From positions 435 to 64,434 of the forward strand of contig JANMXI010000075.1 in the NCBI GenBank assembly GCA_031394735.1: 64,000 nt of DNA, given 5' to 3'. Both the position numbers and the translations under genes were made by a program. The number at the start of each line of letters is the position of its first letter. Position 1 is the stretch's first letter. The notes beneath the pieces are model-generated. The model was not told where the DNA came from, ran no database searches, and worked only from the letters and a program-made list of their open reading frames with translations. The DNA is from Pseudomonadota bacterium. GTDB lineage: Bacteria; Pseudomonadota; Gammaproteobacteria; Steroidobacterales; Steroidobacteraceae. Below are positions 52,312 to 63,181 of this stretch, piece by piece.

Positions 52312-52411
52312 CGTCAGTCGAGTTTCACGCAACACTGCGGCAGTTTCCTCAAGATGCAATTAGCCCAATCGGTAACATCGGCACCAATCCGGCGAGCTTG
52401 AGGAAATGAAG

Positions 52412-53584
52412 TCAAATAAATGCGGCGTTGAGAGCCTGGTCAAGATCGGCGATGAGATCGCCCGCATCCTCGATTCCAATCGACAACCGCACCGTGCCCA
52501 CACCGATGGCAGCGTGGACTCGCTGTTCGGCCGTCAGATCCTTCGGCCCAAGCAGCCGGGGCGGCATCACCAGCGATTCGGTCGAGCCGAGGCTGGCAGA
52601 GATCGAAAACAACTCTAGGCTGTCGGCAAACCGCGTACCGTGATCCATGCCTCCTTTGAGGTCGAAGGTCACGATCGTTCCAAAATCACTCATCTGCCGT
52701 GCCGCCAACGCGTGCTGCGGATGGCCCGGCAATCCCGGATAAAAAACGCGATCCACGCGAGGGTGCTGCGCAAGATGGGCGGCGATCTGCGCCGCGTTGG
52801 CACACTGGCGCTCGTAACGCAGGAAATACGTTCGCATGCCACGCTGGATCAGGAAGGACGCGTGCGGGTCGAGGGTGGGTCCGAGGGTGACGATGTCCTT
52901 GCGCATGGACTGAATGAGTTTGCGCGACGCCAAGATGGCGCCGCCCATGACATCGCCGTGCCCGGAGGCGTACTTGGTGAGACTGTGCAGATGCACGTCG
53001 ATTCCGACACCGACGTGATTGTGGAAACCCGCGAACGTGTTGTCCATCACCGTCAGCGCGCCATGGCGAGTCGCGCTCGCCACCAGATGCTCGATGTCGG
53101 CAATTTTCGTCACCGGATTGGTTGGACTTTCGAACATCACCAGACGCGTGGCCTTGCCTGCCAACTCGCGCTCGATGCCTGCCTTGTCTTCGATCGACAG
53201 CAGCGTGTGCGTCACGCCATAGCGAGCGAGAATCTGTTTGATGAGATGCCGGGTCGGTCCGTAGGATTCAGCGAACCCTAGAATGTGGTCGCCCGCCTTG
53301 CACAGAGCGATCAAACAGGCGGATATCGCGGCCACGCCGGATCCGACCAGCAGACAGTCTTCCTGCCCCTGCAATTCAGCCAGCAGCAACTCAAGCTGAC
53401 GCAACGTCGGGTTGGAATCGCGCGAATAAAAAAAGCCTTCCCGCTCGCCCCGGAACAAGCGCTCGGTCTGCACCGTGTCATCGAAGCTGAACTTGACCGA
53501 CTGGTAGATCGGCGCGACCAGCGGCCGGTTGTCGGCGGGCACCTCGACGCTGGGCGGATGATTGACGCGCGTGGTTTTCTTCAT
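52412..53584 (-). CDS. Cys/Met-metabolism PLP-dependent enzyme (cystathionine gamma-synthase/beta-lyase/methionine gamma-lyase family)
   Basis: YSRDSNPT, FESPTNP, MDNTFA, HSLTKYASGHGD (PLP lysine). Confidence 0.85.
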   Translation of the reverse strand: MKKTTRVNHPPSVEVPADNRPLVAPIYQSVKFSFDDTVQTERLFRGEREGFFYSRDSNPTLRQLELLLAELQGQEDCLLVGSGVAAISACLIALCKAGDHILGFAESYGPTRHLIKQILARYGVTHTLLSIEDKAGIERELAGKATRLVMFESPTNPVTKIADIEHLVASATRHGALTVMDNTFAGFHNHVGVGIDVHLHSLTKYASGHGDVMGGAILASRKLIQSMRKDIVTLGPTLDPHASFLIQRGMRTYFLRYERQCANAAQIAAHLAQHPRVDRVFYPGLPGHPQHALAARQMSDFGTIVTFDLKGGMDHGTRFADSLELFSISASLGSTESLVMPPRLLGPKDLTAEQRVHAAIGVGTVRLSIGIEDAGDLIADLDQALNAAFI

Positions 53585-53595
53585 GATAACCGGCG

Positions 53596-54423
53596 CTATT
53601 GACGCGCCTTTTCCAGGCGCGCGGCGCGTGCCATCCACCACGCGACGGTGATCATCATGACCGTCACGACGGCGATGGTGATGGTCGCCAGCACATTGAT
53701 TTCCGGACTGACACCCAGCCTCACCTTGGAGAACACCACCATGGGCAGCGTGCTGCTGCCGGGACCGGAGGCAAAGCTGGAAATCACCAGATCATCCCAG
53801 GACATCGTGAAGGCCAGCAGCCAGCCGGAGAGGATTGCCGGGAAGATGATGGGCAGCGTAATGACGAAAAACACCTTGAACGGATGTGCACCCAGATCCA
53901 ATGCCGCTTCCTCGAGCGAGGTATCGAAGGTGGCGAGACGCGACTGGATCACCACCGCGACGAACGCCATGGAAAAAGTGATGTGTGCGATCGTGATGGT
54001 GGTCAGTCCGCGCCCCGCGGGCCATCCGATCAATTGCTCCATGGCGACGAAGGTGAGCAACAGCGACAGACCGGTGATCACTTCGGGCATGACCAACGGC
54101 GCCGTGGTCATGGCGTTGAGCGCAAAGCGACCGCGGAATTTACCGAACCGCGACAGGGAAAAGGCCGCCAACGTACCGAGCATGCTGGCGCCGGTGGCGT
54201 TGATGACGGCGACCTTGAGTGAGATCCACGCCGCGTCGAGAATCTCATCGTTATCGAACAGCGCCACGTACCACTTCAACGTGGGTGAATGCGCCGAGTC
54301 CCATACTGTCACGAGCTTGGAAGCATTGAAGGAAAACACCACCATCGACAGGATGGGGATGTAGAGAAATGCAAAACCAAACCCCAGACAACATAGGATG
54401 AAGAACGAGCGACGGTCGTTCAT
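53596..54423 (-). CDS. potI: Putrescine/spermidine ABC transporter permease
   Basis: 6-TM MetI-type permease, PotI/SpuH-like, with a 4-nt overlap with the upstream permease gene. Confidence 0.88.
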   Translation of the reverse strand: MNDRRSFFILCCLGFGFAFLYIPILSMVVFSFNASKLVTVWDSAHSPTLKWYVALFDNDEILDAAWISLKVAVINATGASMLGTLAAFSLSRFGKFRGRFALNAMTTAPLVMPEVITGLSLLLTFVAMEQLIGWPAGRGLTTITIAHITFSMAFVAVVIQSRLATFDTSLEEAALDLGAHPFKVFFVITLPIIFPAILSGWLLAFTMSWDDLVISSFASGPGSSTLPMVVFSKVRLGVSPEINVLATITIAVVTVMMITVAWWMARAARLEKARQ

Positions 54424-55337
54424 CGCCGGTCACCCGCCGATTCGCGCGCCTGCACGCTCTGATACCACATCATGAACGGCACCAGCACGATCAGCAGCAG
54501 AATGGCCACGGCGCTCGCCACCGGCCAGGCACGATTCGAGAAGAACTCATCCCACAGGATGCGGCCGATCATCAGCGCATTGGGGCCGCCGAGCAGCGCC
54601 GGGATCACGAATTCGCCTACCGCCGGGATGAATACCAGCATCGAGCCGGCAAGAATGCCATTGCGCGACAGCGGCAGCGTCACCTTGTAGAACGCCTGCC
54701 ACGGCTTGCAGCCCAGATCCTGCGCCGCCTCGAGCAGCTGCCAGTCCATTTTTTCGAGATTGGAATACAACGGCAGGATCATGAACGGCAGATACGAATA
54801 CACGATGCCGATGTACATGGCGAACTGCGTGTAGAGCATTGGCAGCGGTTCGTTGATCAATCCCATCCACTGCAGGATGTTGTTGATGACGCCGTTGGCC
54901 TTGAGCAGGCCGATCCAGGCGTACACGCGCAATAGCAGCGAGGTCCAGAACGGCAGCACCACCAGCAGCAGCAGGATGTTGCGCGTCGTCGGGTTCGAGC
55001 GAGCAATTCCATAGGCCATCGGGTAGCCGATGAGCAGACAGAACACGGTGGAGATGAAAGCCACCTTGATCGAATTCAAGAATGCGTTGAAATACAGCGA
55101 ATCGGTGAACAGGAAAAAGTAATTGTTGAAATTCAGCTTGATCGCGATCAGGTGTTCGCCGGCCGATTCGATCAACGGCTTGTACGGCGGAATCGCGAGG
55201 TCGATGTCCGAGAAGGAGATCTTCAGGACGATGATGAACGGGACGGCAAAGAACAACAACAGCCAGATATAGGGCACGGCCACCACGAAGGTGCTGCCGG
55301 AAATCCCCAGACGCTTCAGGAAGCTGCGTTTGGCCAT
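54420..55337 (-). CDS. potH: Putrescine/spermidine ABC transporter permease
   Basis: PotH/SpuG-like permease with an EAA-type loop (EAAQDLGCKPWQAFYKVTLP). Confidence 0.88.
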   Translation of the reverse strand: MAKRSFLKRLGISGSTFVVAVPYIWLLLFFAVPFIIVLKISFSDIDLAIPPYKPLIESAGEHLIAIKLNFNNYFFLFTDSLYFNAFLNSIKVAFISTVFCLLIGYPMAYGIARSNPTTRNILLLLVVLPFWTSLLLRVYAWIGLLKANGVINNILQWMGLINEPLPMLYTQFAMYIGIVYSYLPFMILPLYSNLEKMDWQLLEAAQDLGCKPWQAFYKVTLPLSRNGILAGSMLVFIPAVGEFVIPALLGGPNALMIGRILWDEFFSNRAWPVASAVAILLLIVLVPFMMWYQSVQARESAGDRR

Positions 55338-55343
55338 GGGCGG

Positions 55344-56486
55344 TTAGCGCGTCACCACGATCGGGCTCGAGGAATCCCAGTTCAGATACACCTGCTGATC
55401 CCAGGTGATCTCCTCTGCATGACGCGAGGTATTGGGGCGCGTCACCCGAATCACTTTGCCGGTGGGCAGCTTCACCAGGAAAATCGACAGATCACCCAGG
55501 TAGGCGATGTCCTGCACCGCCCCCTGCACGATGTTGTCCTGACCCTCGGGCCGGGCGATGGACATGAAAATCTTTTCCGGACGGATTGCCGCCCATACCA
55601 CCGCTTCGGGAGGCGAACTGATGCCGTGATTGACGAAAATCGTCGAGCCCAATTCTTCGCAAGCGATGCGAACGTAATTGGGTTCGTCCTCGGTGAGCTT
55701 GCCCTCGAACATGTTCACGGAGCCGATGAAATCAGCGACGAACTTGGTGCTGGGAAACTCGTAGATTTCCGACGGTGTCCCGGCCTGGACGATTTCACCG
55801 TGGTTCATGACGCCGATGCGGCTCGCCAGCGTCATCGCCTCTTCCTGGTCGTGCGTCACCACCACAAAGGTGACGCCGAGCTTTTCTTGCAAGCTGATCA
55901 ATTCGAACTGCGTGTGCTCGCGCAGCTTCTTATCAAGCGCGCCGAGGGGTTCGTCCAGCAACAATAGTTTCGGCCGCTTGACCAATGAGCGCGCAAGTGC
56001 CACGCGCTGGCGCTGGCCGCCGGAAAGCTGGTGGGGTTTGCGCTTGGCGAAGCTGCCCATCTTGACCAGATCGAGCATGGTCGCGACACGCTCTTTGATT
56101 TCCGCCTTGGGCACGCGATCCTGTTTCAGACCGAAGGCCACGTTCTGCTCCACGTTCATGTGCGGAAAAATCGCGTATGACTGGAACATCATGTTGATCG
56201 GTCGCTGATACGGCGGTACGCCGGTCATGTCTTCGCCGTCAATCAGAATGCGGCCCGAGGTGGGCGTCTCGAATCCACCGAGCATGCGCAGCAACGTGGT
56301 CTTGCCGCAGCCCGATGCACCCAGCAGGCAGAAGATTTCACCTTTGTAGATCTTCAGACTGATGTCATCGACGGCGGTGAAGTCGCCGAATTTCTTGGTG
56401 ACGCGCTCCAATTGTACGTAGGGTCGCGCGCTGGGATCCGTCCACGGCGCAGGTTTCGTGGGAGCCGTAGCAGGTGTACTCATCAT
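55344..56486 (-). CDS. potG: Putrescine/spermidine ABC transporter ATPase
   Basis: Walker A GASGCGKTT, signature LSGGQRQRVAL, Walker B LLLLDEP, C-terminal TOBE-like domain. Confidence 0.9.
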   Translation of the reverse strand: MMSTPATAPTKPAPWTDPSARPYVQLERVTKKFGDFTAVDDISLKIYKGEIFCLLGASGCGKTTLLRMLGGFETPTSGRILIDGEDMTGVPPYQRPINMMFQSYAIFPHMNVEQNVAFGLKQDRVPKAEIKERVATMLDLVKMGSFAKRKPHQLSGGQRQRVALARSLVKRPKLLLLDEPLGALDKKLREHTQFELISLQEKLGVTFVVVTHDQEEAMTLASRIGVMNHGEIVQAGTPSEIYEFPSTKFVADFIGSVNMFEGKLTEDEPNYVRIACEELGSTIFVNHGISSPPEAVVWAAIRPEKIFMSIARPEGQDNIVQGAVQDIAYLGDLSIFLVKLPTGKVIRVTRPNTSRHAEEITWDQQVYLNWDSSSPIVVTR

Positions 56487-57626
56487 TTATTGACCCGTCT
56501 TGAATCTCTGCCACACCCGCGTGATGGCGCGCGTCTGATCGGATGAATCCGCCAATTGCACCGACAAGCGCTTTCGATCATCGGGGGTGGGATAGATGAT
56601 CGGATCGCCGGTGACCGCCTTGTCGATGAGCGGCAGCGACGCTGCATTGGCGTTGGCGAATCGCTTGAAATTGGAGATCGCCGCCATGACCTCGGGCTGC
56701 ATCACATAGTTGAGAAAGGCGTACGCGCTGTCCGAGTGTGGTGCGTCCTTTGGAACGGCAAGCATGTCGAACCACAAGATGGTGCCTTCCTTAGGCACGA
56801 AATACTTCACGTCGATGCCTTTGTTGGCCTCATGCGCACGGTCGCGCGATTGCAGGACATCGCCGCTGTAGCCAAGCGACAGGCACAGGTCGCCATTCGC
56901 CAATGCCTCGATGTACTCCGAGGAATTGATGTTGCGGATATAGGGGCGGATCTTCAACAGCACCGCTTCCGCGGCGACCAGGTCCTCGGCCTTCTGGGAA
57001 TTCGGATCCTTGCCCAGATGGTTGTACACGGCGCGCAGCACTTCGGCCGGCGAATCCAGGATGCTGATGCCGCATTTGGCGAGCTTGGAGGCATACGCCG
57101 GATCGAATATCAGCTTCCAGGAGTCCAGCGGTTCATTCGGCAATATCGCCTTGACCATCTTCTCGTTGTAGCCGAGGCCGTTGGTGCCCCACAGATAGAT
57201 GAGGCCGTGGGCATTGTTCGGGTCATGCATGGCTACCAGCAGCATGAGCTGCGGATCCATATTCTTCAGATTGGGCAGCTTGGACTTGTCGAGGGTCTGA
57301 TACACGCCGGCCTTGATCTGACGCTCGAAGTACGAGGCGGTCGGCACCACCACGTCGTAGCCGCTGCTGCCGGCCAGAAGCTTGGTTTCCAAGGTCTCGT
57401 TCGTGTCGAAATACGCCACGTTGACCTTGATGCCGGTTTGCTTTTCGAAATTCGACAGCGTGTCGGCGGCGAGGTAGTCAGACCAGATGTACAGGTTAAG
57501 AACTTGTCCGGACTTGCCGGCTGCAGGTCCTTCGGTCTTTCCGGCCGAAGATTTGCTGCCGCCGCAACCGCCCAGGAGCAATACCGAACAGGCAACCGTC
57601 AAGGCCGCTCGAACAACGCTCAACAT
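56487..57626 (-). CDS. potF: Putrescine-binding periplasmic protein
   Basis: Lipobox-like LLGGCGG and LYIWSDYLAADTLSNFEKQTGIK..FDTNETLETKLLAGSSGYDVV. Confidence 0.88.
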   Translation of the reverse strand: MLSVVRAALTVACSVLLLGGCGGSKSSAGKTEGPAAGKSGQVLNLYIWSDYLAADTLSNFEKQTGIKVNVAYFDTNETLETKLLAGSSGYDVVVPTASYFERQIKAGVYQTLDKSKLPNLKNMDPQLMLLVAMHDPNNAHGLIYLWGTNGLGYNEKMVKAILPNEPLDSWKLIFDPAYASKLAKCGISILDSPAEVLRAVYNHLGKDPNSQKAEDLVAAEAVLLKIRPYIRNINSSEYIEALANGDLCLSLGYSGDVLQSRDRAHEANKGIDVKYFVPKEGTILWFDMLAVPKDAPHSDSAYAFLNYVMQPEVMAAISNFKRFANANAASLPLIDKAVTGDPIIYPTPDDRKRLSVQLADSSDQTRAITRVWQRFKTGQ

Positions 57627-57695
57627 CGCACAAGTCCCCTTTATAGTCGTGGTGCTCGCCTGCTAGTAGTTATAGCGCAGCCGATGGATAAAGTC

Positions 57696-59033
57696 TCACA
57701 CGTTGAGCAGCAGGTACTCTCGCTCCCACGAACTGATGACCTGCGCGAACGTCTCGTATTCGGCTTCCTTGACCGCCGTGAACGCCAATACGAAGCGGTC
57801 GCCGAACAGATCCACCAATTGCTTGGACTCGCGCAGCAGGCGCAGGGCCTCGGCCAAGGTGCGCGGCAGGGCGATCGCAAGCTCATAGGCACTGCCGGTG
57901 ATGGGCTCGGAGGGTTTCAGCCCTTCGACCATGCCCAGATAGCCGCAGGCCAGCGAGGCGGCAAAGGCCAGATACGGGTTCGCATCAGCGCCGCCAACAC
58001 GATTTTCGACGCGACGCGCCTCCGGTCCCGACATAGGCACGCGCAGACCGGCGGTGCGATTGTCATAGCCCCACTGCACGTTGATCGGGGCAGCCGAATA
58101 GCGACTGATGCGCCGATAACTGTTCACATTGGGTGCGAACAGCGACATCGCCGCGGGCAGATACTTCTGCAGCCCGGCGATATGTGAGAAGAACAGATTG
58201 GAGGGCGATCCGTCGGCATTGCTGAAAATGTTCTTGCGCGTCTTCACATCGATGATGCTCTGGTGCAGATGCATGGCGCTGCCGGGCTCCTTGGCCATTG
58301 GCTTCGCCATGAAGGTGGCATACATTTTGTGCCGCAAGGCCGCCTCGCGTGCGGTGCGCTTGAACAGGAAAGCCTGATCCGCGAGGCTCAGCGCATTGCC
58401 GTGCAGCAGATTGATTTCCATCTGCGCCGCGCCGGCTTCGTGGATCAGCGTGTCGATTTCGATGTCCTGCGCTTCGCAGAACGAATACATGTCGTCGAAC
58501 AGCGGGTCGAACTCGTTCACCGCGGCGATGCTGTACGCCTGCCGGCCGATCTCCGGACGACCCGAGCGGCCGATTGGCGGCTTCAGCGGATAGTCAGAGT
58601 CGATGTTCGGTTCTACCAGAAAGAATTCCAGCTCCGGAGCAATCACCGGCTCCCAGCCGCGCGCCTCGTACAGATCCAGCACCCGCCGCAACACATAGCG
58701 CGGCGACATGGTGACGGGTCGGCCGTCGCCGTAAAAGCAATCGTGGATCACCTGTGCGGTGGGTTCGGCTGCCCAGGGCACCACCCTCACCGTCGCCGGA
58801 TCGGCTTTGAGCACGATGTCGATGTCCGACGGATTCATCGCACTCTGATCGTCGGGATAATCACCCGTGACCGTCTGCAAGAAGATGGCCTCGGGCAGAC
58901 GCATGCCCTCTTCCTCGGCAAATTTCTCCGCCGGCATGAGTTTGCCGCGCGGCACCCCCGCCATGTCGGGGATGATCGCCTCGACTTCAGAGATGCCGTG
59001 TTCTTTTAAGAATTGCTGAATCGTACTCGCCAT
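57696..59033 (-). CDS. puuA: Glutamine synthetase family gamma-glutamylputrescine synthetase
   Basis: GS type III-like fold (..FLVEPN.., ..MHLHQS.., NRTAGLRVP) in a polyamine operon context. Confidence 0.8.
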   Translation of the reverse strand: MASTIQQFLKEHGISEVEAIIPDMAGVPRGKLMPAEKFAEEEGMRLPEAIFLQTVTGDYPDDQSAMNPSDIDIVLKADPATVRVVPWAAEPTAQVIHDCFYGDGRPVTMSPRYVLRRVLDLYEARGWEPVIAPELEFFLVEPNIDSDYPLKPPIGRSGRPEIGRQAYSIAAVNEFDPLFDDMYSFCEAQDIEIDTLIHEAGAAQMEINLLHGNALSLADQAFLFKRTAREAALRHKMYATFMAKPMAKEPGSAMHLHQSIIDVKTRKNIFSNADGSPSNLFFSHIAGLQKYLPAAMSLFAPNVNSYRRISRYSAAPINVQWGYDNRTAGLRVPMSGPEARRVENRVGGADANPYLAFAASLACGYLGMVEGLKPSEPITGSAYELAIALPRTLAEALRLLRESKQLVDLFGDRFVLAFTAVKEAEYETFAQVISSWEREYLLLNV

Positions 59034-59036
59034 ACA

Positions 59037-59792
59037 TCACCTCGAAGATCCCGCGAACTTTCTACTCGCCTCGCCGAATGCGCTGAACAGCGCGCGGGAA
59101 AATGCATTCTTTGCAAACTGCCATTCGGGGTGCCATTGCACGCCGAGGGCAAAACCTGGAGCGGCCGGGTCGCTGAACGCCTCGATCACTCCGTCCGGAG
59201 CGCGCGCTTCGATAGCGAGTCCTTTGCCCAGGGTTTGCACACCCTGCCAATGCAACGAATTCACCTCGAGCCGATCGCTCCCGGCAATTTTTTTCAGCAG
59301 TCCTCCGGGCTCCAGCATCACTTCGTGAGCTGGCCCGTATTGCTTCTCCAACGGTTGAGTTTCATCGTCTCGATGGTCGAGATGACCGGGGATCTCATGA
59401 ACGTGCTGCCAGAGCGTGCCGCCGTAGGCGACGTTCATCTCCTGAAATCCGCGGCAGATGGCCAGCACCGGCATTCCGGCGGCTATGGCCTGGGGTATCA
59501 GCGGAAGCGTCGTAGCATCGCGAGCTGGGTCATGCAGGGTACCCGGCTTGCTGGCCGGTCCTCCGTAGTGATGTGGTTCGACATTCGAGGTACTGCCCGA
59601 GAGCAGCAAACCGTCGAAAGACTTCATGACTTCGCGCAAGTCCTCCGCCGACCCCATCGCCGGGATGAGGACGGGAACCGCATTCGCGCCCTGCGCGACG
59701 GCTTGAATGTACTTCTCGCCGACCATGTGGAAATAGTGTTTCCCAACGGTGCGGCGATCGGCCGGAATTCCAATGAGCGGCTTGCGAGACAT
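59037..59792 (-). CDS. puuD: Gamma-glutamyl-GABA hydrolase (peptidase C26, class I amidotransferase)
   Basis: LAICRGFQEMNV (nucleophile Cys), GVQWHPEW (His). Confidence 0.85.
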   Translation of the reverse strand: MSRKPLIGIPADRRTVGKHYFHMVGEKYIQAVAQGANAVPVLIPAMGSAEDLREVMKSFDGLLLSGSTSNVEPHHYGGPASKPGTLHDPARDATTLPLIPQAIAAGMPVLAICRGFQEMNVAYGGTLWQHVHEIPGHLDHRDDETQPLEKQYGPAHEVMLEPGGLLKKIAGSDRLEVNSLHWQGVQTLGKGLAIEARAPDGVIEAFSDPAAPGFALGVQWHPEWQFAKNAFSRALFSAFGEASRKFAGSSR

Positions 59793-60023
59793 GTTAAGTA
59801 TTTTAAACGCCCGATCACCTGAGCGGGCTTAATCAACAAGCCCATTACACCACAGGCAAGGTGCCTCGTCGCGGTGGGCTGCACAGAATCGGCCAAGATT
59901 CAGCCATTTCCGTAACTTACGATTGCTTGGTGCGTCGCACCATGTGACCGGATCGAGCGATTGACCCCCATGGCCCACAGGCCTGCGAATGAGTCAATAG
60001 CCATAAAATCTTAAACACCCGGC

Positions 60024-62219
60024 TTAAGAATCGGTGCCTATGGGGGCCTTATGTCGTATGACATAACATCGGTGGATCTTCGGATTGCGCTCAAAATCCA
60101 ACGGCACGGTCGAGGCGCTGATGTCTTGGATGGCACAGTTGCTCAATGACTCCCCCTCCAGCTTGAAGCGGGTGTAATTGGTGGAAAAAATCAGCCGCCC
60201 GTCGGCGCGCAGCAACTGCAGGGCGCGATTGATCATGCCGACATGATCGCGTTGCACGTCCAGCACCCCCTCCATGCGCTTGGAGTTGGAGAAGGTCGGT
60301 GGATCCAGAAAGATCAGATCGAATGCCGGGCCGTCCGGCGCATGTTCGTCGAGCCATTGCAGGCAATCGGCGGCATGCAGCTCGTGACGATCGCGCTCAA
60401 AGCCGTTGGCCTCGAGATTGTCACGCGCCCATTGCAGGTAGGTGTTCGACAGATCCACGCTGATGCTGTGCCGCGCGCCGCCCGCCGCGGCATACACAGT
60501 CGCGCTCGCCGTATAGCAGAATAAATTCAGGAAATCCTTGCCGCGCGCATCCTGTCGTATCAGATCGCGCGTGATGCGGTGATCCAGAAACAAACCCGTG
60601 TCGAGGTAATCCTCGAAGTTGACCCAGAATTGCAGTCCACCCTCGCGCACCAGAAAGCGGCTGCCGCCCGCGCTGCGCGGTTGATATTGCGCACTGCCCT
60701 TTTGCAGACGCCGCACCCGCGTGTGAATCTGTTGCAAGGGCACACCGAACACCTCCGGCAGCACCGACAACACTTCCCGGCGGCGGTCGCGCGCCTTGTT
60801 TTGATCCACAGTTTTGGGCGCGTCGTATTCCTGCACATACACGTGCCGCGGGTCGCGCCCATAAACATCGATCGCAAACGCATACTCGGGCATGTCGGCG
60901 TCGTAGACACGGAACGCTTCAATGTCGTTGCGCTTCGCCCATTGTTCGAAGCGCTGCAGATTCTTGCGCAGGCGATTGGCGACCATCTGCGCGCCCGGCC
61001 GCTGCACCCGATCGGCCAGCACTGTCTCAGCCGATTTCACCGGCGCCTGGGCGCTCAGATCGAAGCGCAACAGGCGGCAGTCGATGCTGCCATTCATGAA
61101 GCGATGCGTGCGTTTGGCGTACACACCCAGATGCCGTGCCAGCGGTGGATTGCCGGTCAGCACAGCCGCCTGCCACCCCGAGTAGCTCACCGTCATCAGG
61201 GCGCCGAGTTGTGCATACAGCGAGGGCAATGTGGAATCATCGCCGATGCGTTCGCCATACGGCGGATTCGCGACCAGCAGGCCGGTGGGCGATGGCGCGG
61301 TTTGCGCATCAGCGATGTCGCGGCGCTCGACGTGAATCCACTGCGCCACCTCGGCGCTGTCGGCATTCGCCAGTGACATGCGCACCGCGTCCGCATCGAG
61401 GTCGTAGCCGACGATGCAGCGTCGTGGCGCGCTTTCGCTGTGCCGCTGCCGCGCTTCTGCGCATAGTTGCTCCCACAGCGGCGCATCGAAGCCACGCCAG
61501 CCGACAAAGCCCCAATAGGTGCGTCGCAAACCCGGTGCGATGTCCGCCGCGATCAACGCCGCTTCAGTCAGAAACGTGCCCGAGCCGCACATCGGATCGA
61601 CCAGCGATCCACCGGCCCTATATATCGTGGGCCAGCCGGCGCGCAGCAAAATGGCCGCGGCCAGATTCTCCTTCACCGGGGCTCGCCCGCCCTCGGTGCG
61701 ATAGCCGCGGCGATGCAGGCTTTCACCGGCGAAATCGATCAGGATCAACGCTTGCGCGCCTTCGACGTGCAGGTGCAATTGCACACTGGGTTGTTCGGGC
61801 TTTACATCCGGGCGCGTACCGGTGGTTTCGCGCAGCGAATCGCACACGGCATCCTTGAGCAGCTGCGCGCCGTAGATCGTGTGCTTGATCGCATTGTTCG
61901 CGCCGGTGCAGTCGCACGCCAGCGTCGCACCGGGTGAAAAATGCTCACGCCAGTCGATGCGCAGCGCGCCGGCGTGCAGCGTCTGCGAACTCGTCGCATC
62001 AACGGAACCGAGCGACAGCAGTACCCGCGTCGCCGAACGCGACCACAGACACGCACGGTAGCCCACCTCGAGCGTCCCCTGAAAGCGAACGTCGGTGGAG
62101 CGCTCCTTGATCTGCACTGCGCCGAACGCGGCAAGTTCTTCGGCGAGAACCGAGGTGGCGCCGATCGGAGCCGTGGCTACCCAGAAACGCAATTCGTTGC
62201 GATCGAAGGATTCAGTCAT
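60024..62219 (-). CDS. rlmL: Bifunctional 23S rRNA methyltransferase RlmKL (m2G2445/m7G2069)
   Basis: 731 aa with THUMP plus two SAM-MTase domains (DPMCGSGTF, NPPYGER; FLDPPTFSNSK). Confidence 0.9.
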   Translation of the reverse strand: MTESFDRNELRFWVATAPIGATSVLAEELAAFGAVQIKERSTDVRFQGTLEVGYRACLWSRSATRVLLSLGSVDATSSQTLHAGALRIDWREHFSPGATLACDCTGANNAIKHTIYGAQLLKDAVCDSLRETTGTRPDVKPEQPSVQLHLHVEGAQALILIDFAGESLHRRGYRTEGGRAPVKENLAAAILLRAGWPTIYRAGGSLVDPMCGSGTFLTEAALIAADIAPGLRRTYWGFVGWRGFDAPLWEQLCAEARQRHSESAPRRCIVGYDLDADAVRMSLANADSAEVAQWIHVERRDIADAQTAPSPTGLLVANPPYGERIGDDSTLPSLYAQLGALMTVSYSGWQAAVLTGNPPLARHLGVYAKRTHRFMNGSIDCRLLRFDLSAQAPVKSAETVLADRVQRPGAQMVANRLRKNLQRFEQWAKRNDIEAFRVYDADMPEYAFAIDVYGRDPRHVYVQEYDAPKTVDQNKARDRRREVLSVLPEVFGVPLQQIHTRVRRLQKGSAQYQPRSAGGSRFLVREGGLQFWVNFEDYLDTGLFLDHRITRDLIRQDARGKDFLNLFCYTASATVYAAAGGARHSISVDLSNTYLQWARDNLEANGFERDRHELHAADCLQWLDEHAPDGPAFDLIFLDPPTFSNSKRMEGVLDVQRDHVGMINRALQLLRADGRLIFSTNYTRFKLEGESLSNCAIQDISASTVPLDFERNPKIHRCYVIRHKAPIGTDS

Positions 62220-62288
62220 GGGTGGCAGCGCTTCTGAAGTAACGGCGGCGCCCGACCATTGAGCGCTGCGCCTACGAGTGCGCGCGAA

Positions 62289-63158
62289 TCAGCCGCGGCC
62301 GTCGAGCGAAAGCAGCGGATAATACAGTTCCGGTCGGCGGTCGCGGAACACGCCCCAGGCGTGCCGATAGCGGCGCACTTCATCCAGATCGAAACTCGCG
62401 GTCAATACGGTTTCACTGCTGCGGTCGGCCTCCGCCACTTTCTCGCCGGTCGGGCCGGCGATGAACGAGGAGCCGTAGAAAGTCATCGAGTAGCGTTCGC
62501 CTTTTTCGGTACCGATGCGATTGGAGGCCACCAGCGGGATGATATTGGCCGCAGCGTGTCCTTGCATGGTGCGTTGCCAATGACCGCTGGAGTCGATGGA
62601 GGAATCCTGCGGTTCAGAGCCGATGGCGGTGGGATACAGCAGGACTTCGGCGCCCATCAGCGCCATGGCGCGCGCGGCTTCCGGAAACCACTGATCCCAG
62701 CAGATCGCCACGCCGACTTTGGCATACGCCGTGTCGAACACCTTGAAGCCCGTGTCGCCGGGGGAAAAATAGAATTTTTCGTGGTAACCCGGGCTTTCCG
62801 GAATATGTGACTTGCGGTAGTGGCCGAGCACCGCGCCGTCCGCGTCCACCATGACGACGGTGTTGTAGTACGCGTTGTTGGAGCGCTCGAACACGCTGAT
62901 GGGCAGCACCACTTTGAGTTCACGTGCAACATCGCGAAAATGTTCAACGGCCGGGTGTCCCTCGAGAGGATGCGCCAATTCGAAATGACGCAGCGAATGT
63001 TCCTGGCAGAAGTACGGTGTCTCAAACAGCTCCTGCAGGAGAATGATCTGCGCGCCTTTCGCCGCAGCCTGGCGGACCAGCTTCTCACCGCGCGCAATAT
63101 TGCCGTCGCGATCCCAACTGCAGGCCATCTGCGTGGCTGCCACCGTTACGTTACTCAT
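62289..63158 (-). CDS. aguB: N-carbamoylputrescine amidase
   Basis: Nitrilase-superfamily EKC triad context (LQELF, YRKSHIP, VAICWDQWFPE). Confidence 0.9.
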   Translation of the reverse strand: MSNVTVAATQMACSWDRDGNIARGEKLVRQAAAKGAQIILLQELFETPYFCQEHSLRHFELAHPLEGHPAVEHFRDVARELKVVLPISVFERSNNAYYNTVVMVDADGAVLGHYRKSHIPESPGYHEKFYFSPGDTGFKVFDTAYAKVGVAICWDQWFPEAARAMALMGAEVLLYPTAIGSEPQDSSIDSSGHWQRTMQGHAAANIIPLVASNRIGTEKGERYSMTFYGSSFIAGPTGEKVAEADRSSETVLTASFDLDEVRRYRHAWGVFRDRRPELYYPLLSLDGRG

Positions 63159-63181
63159 GCGGACAATGCTACGCTATTTAA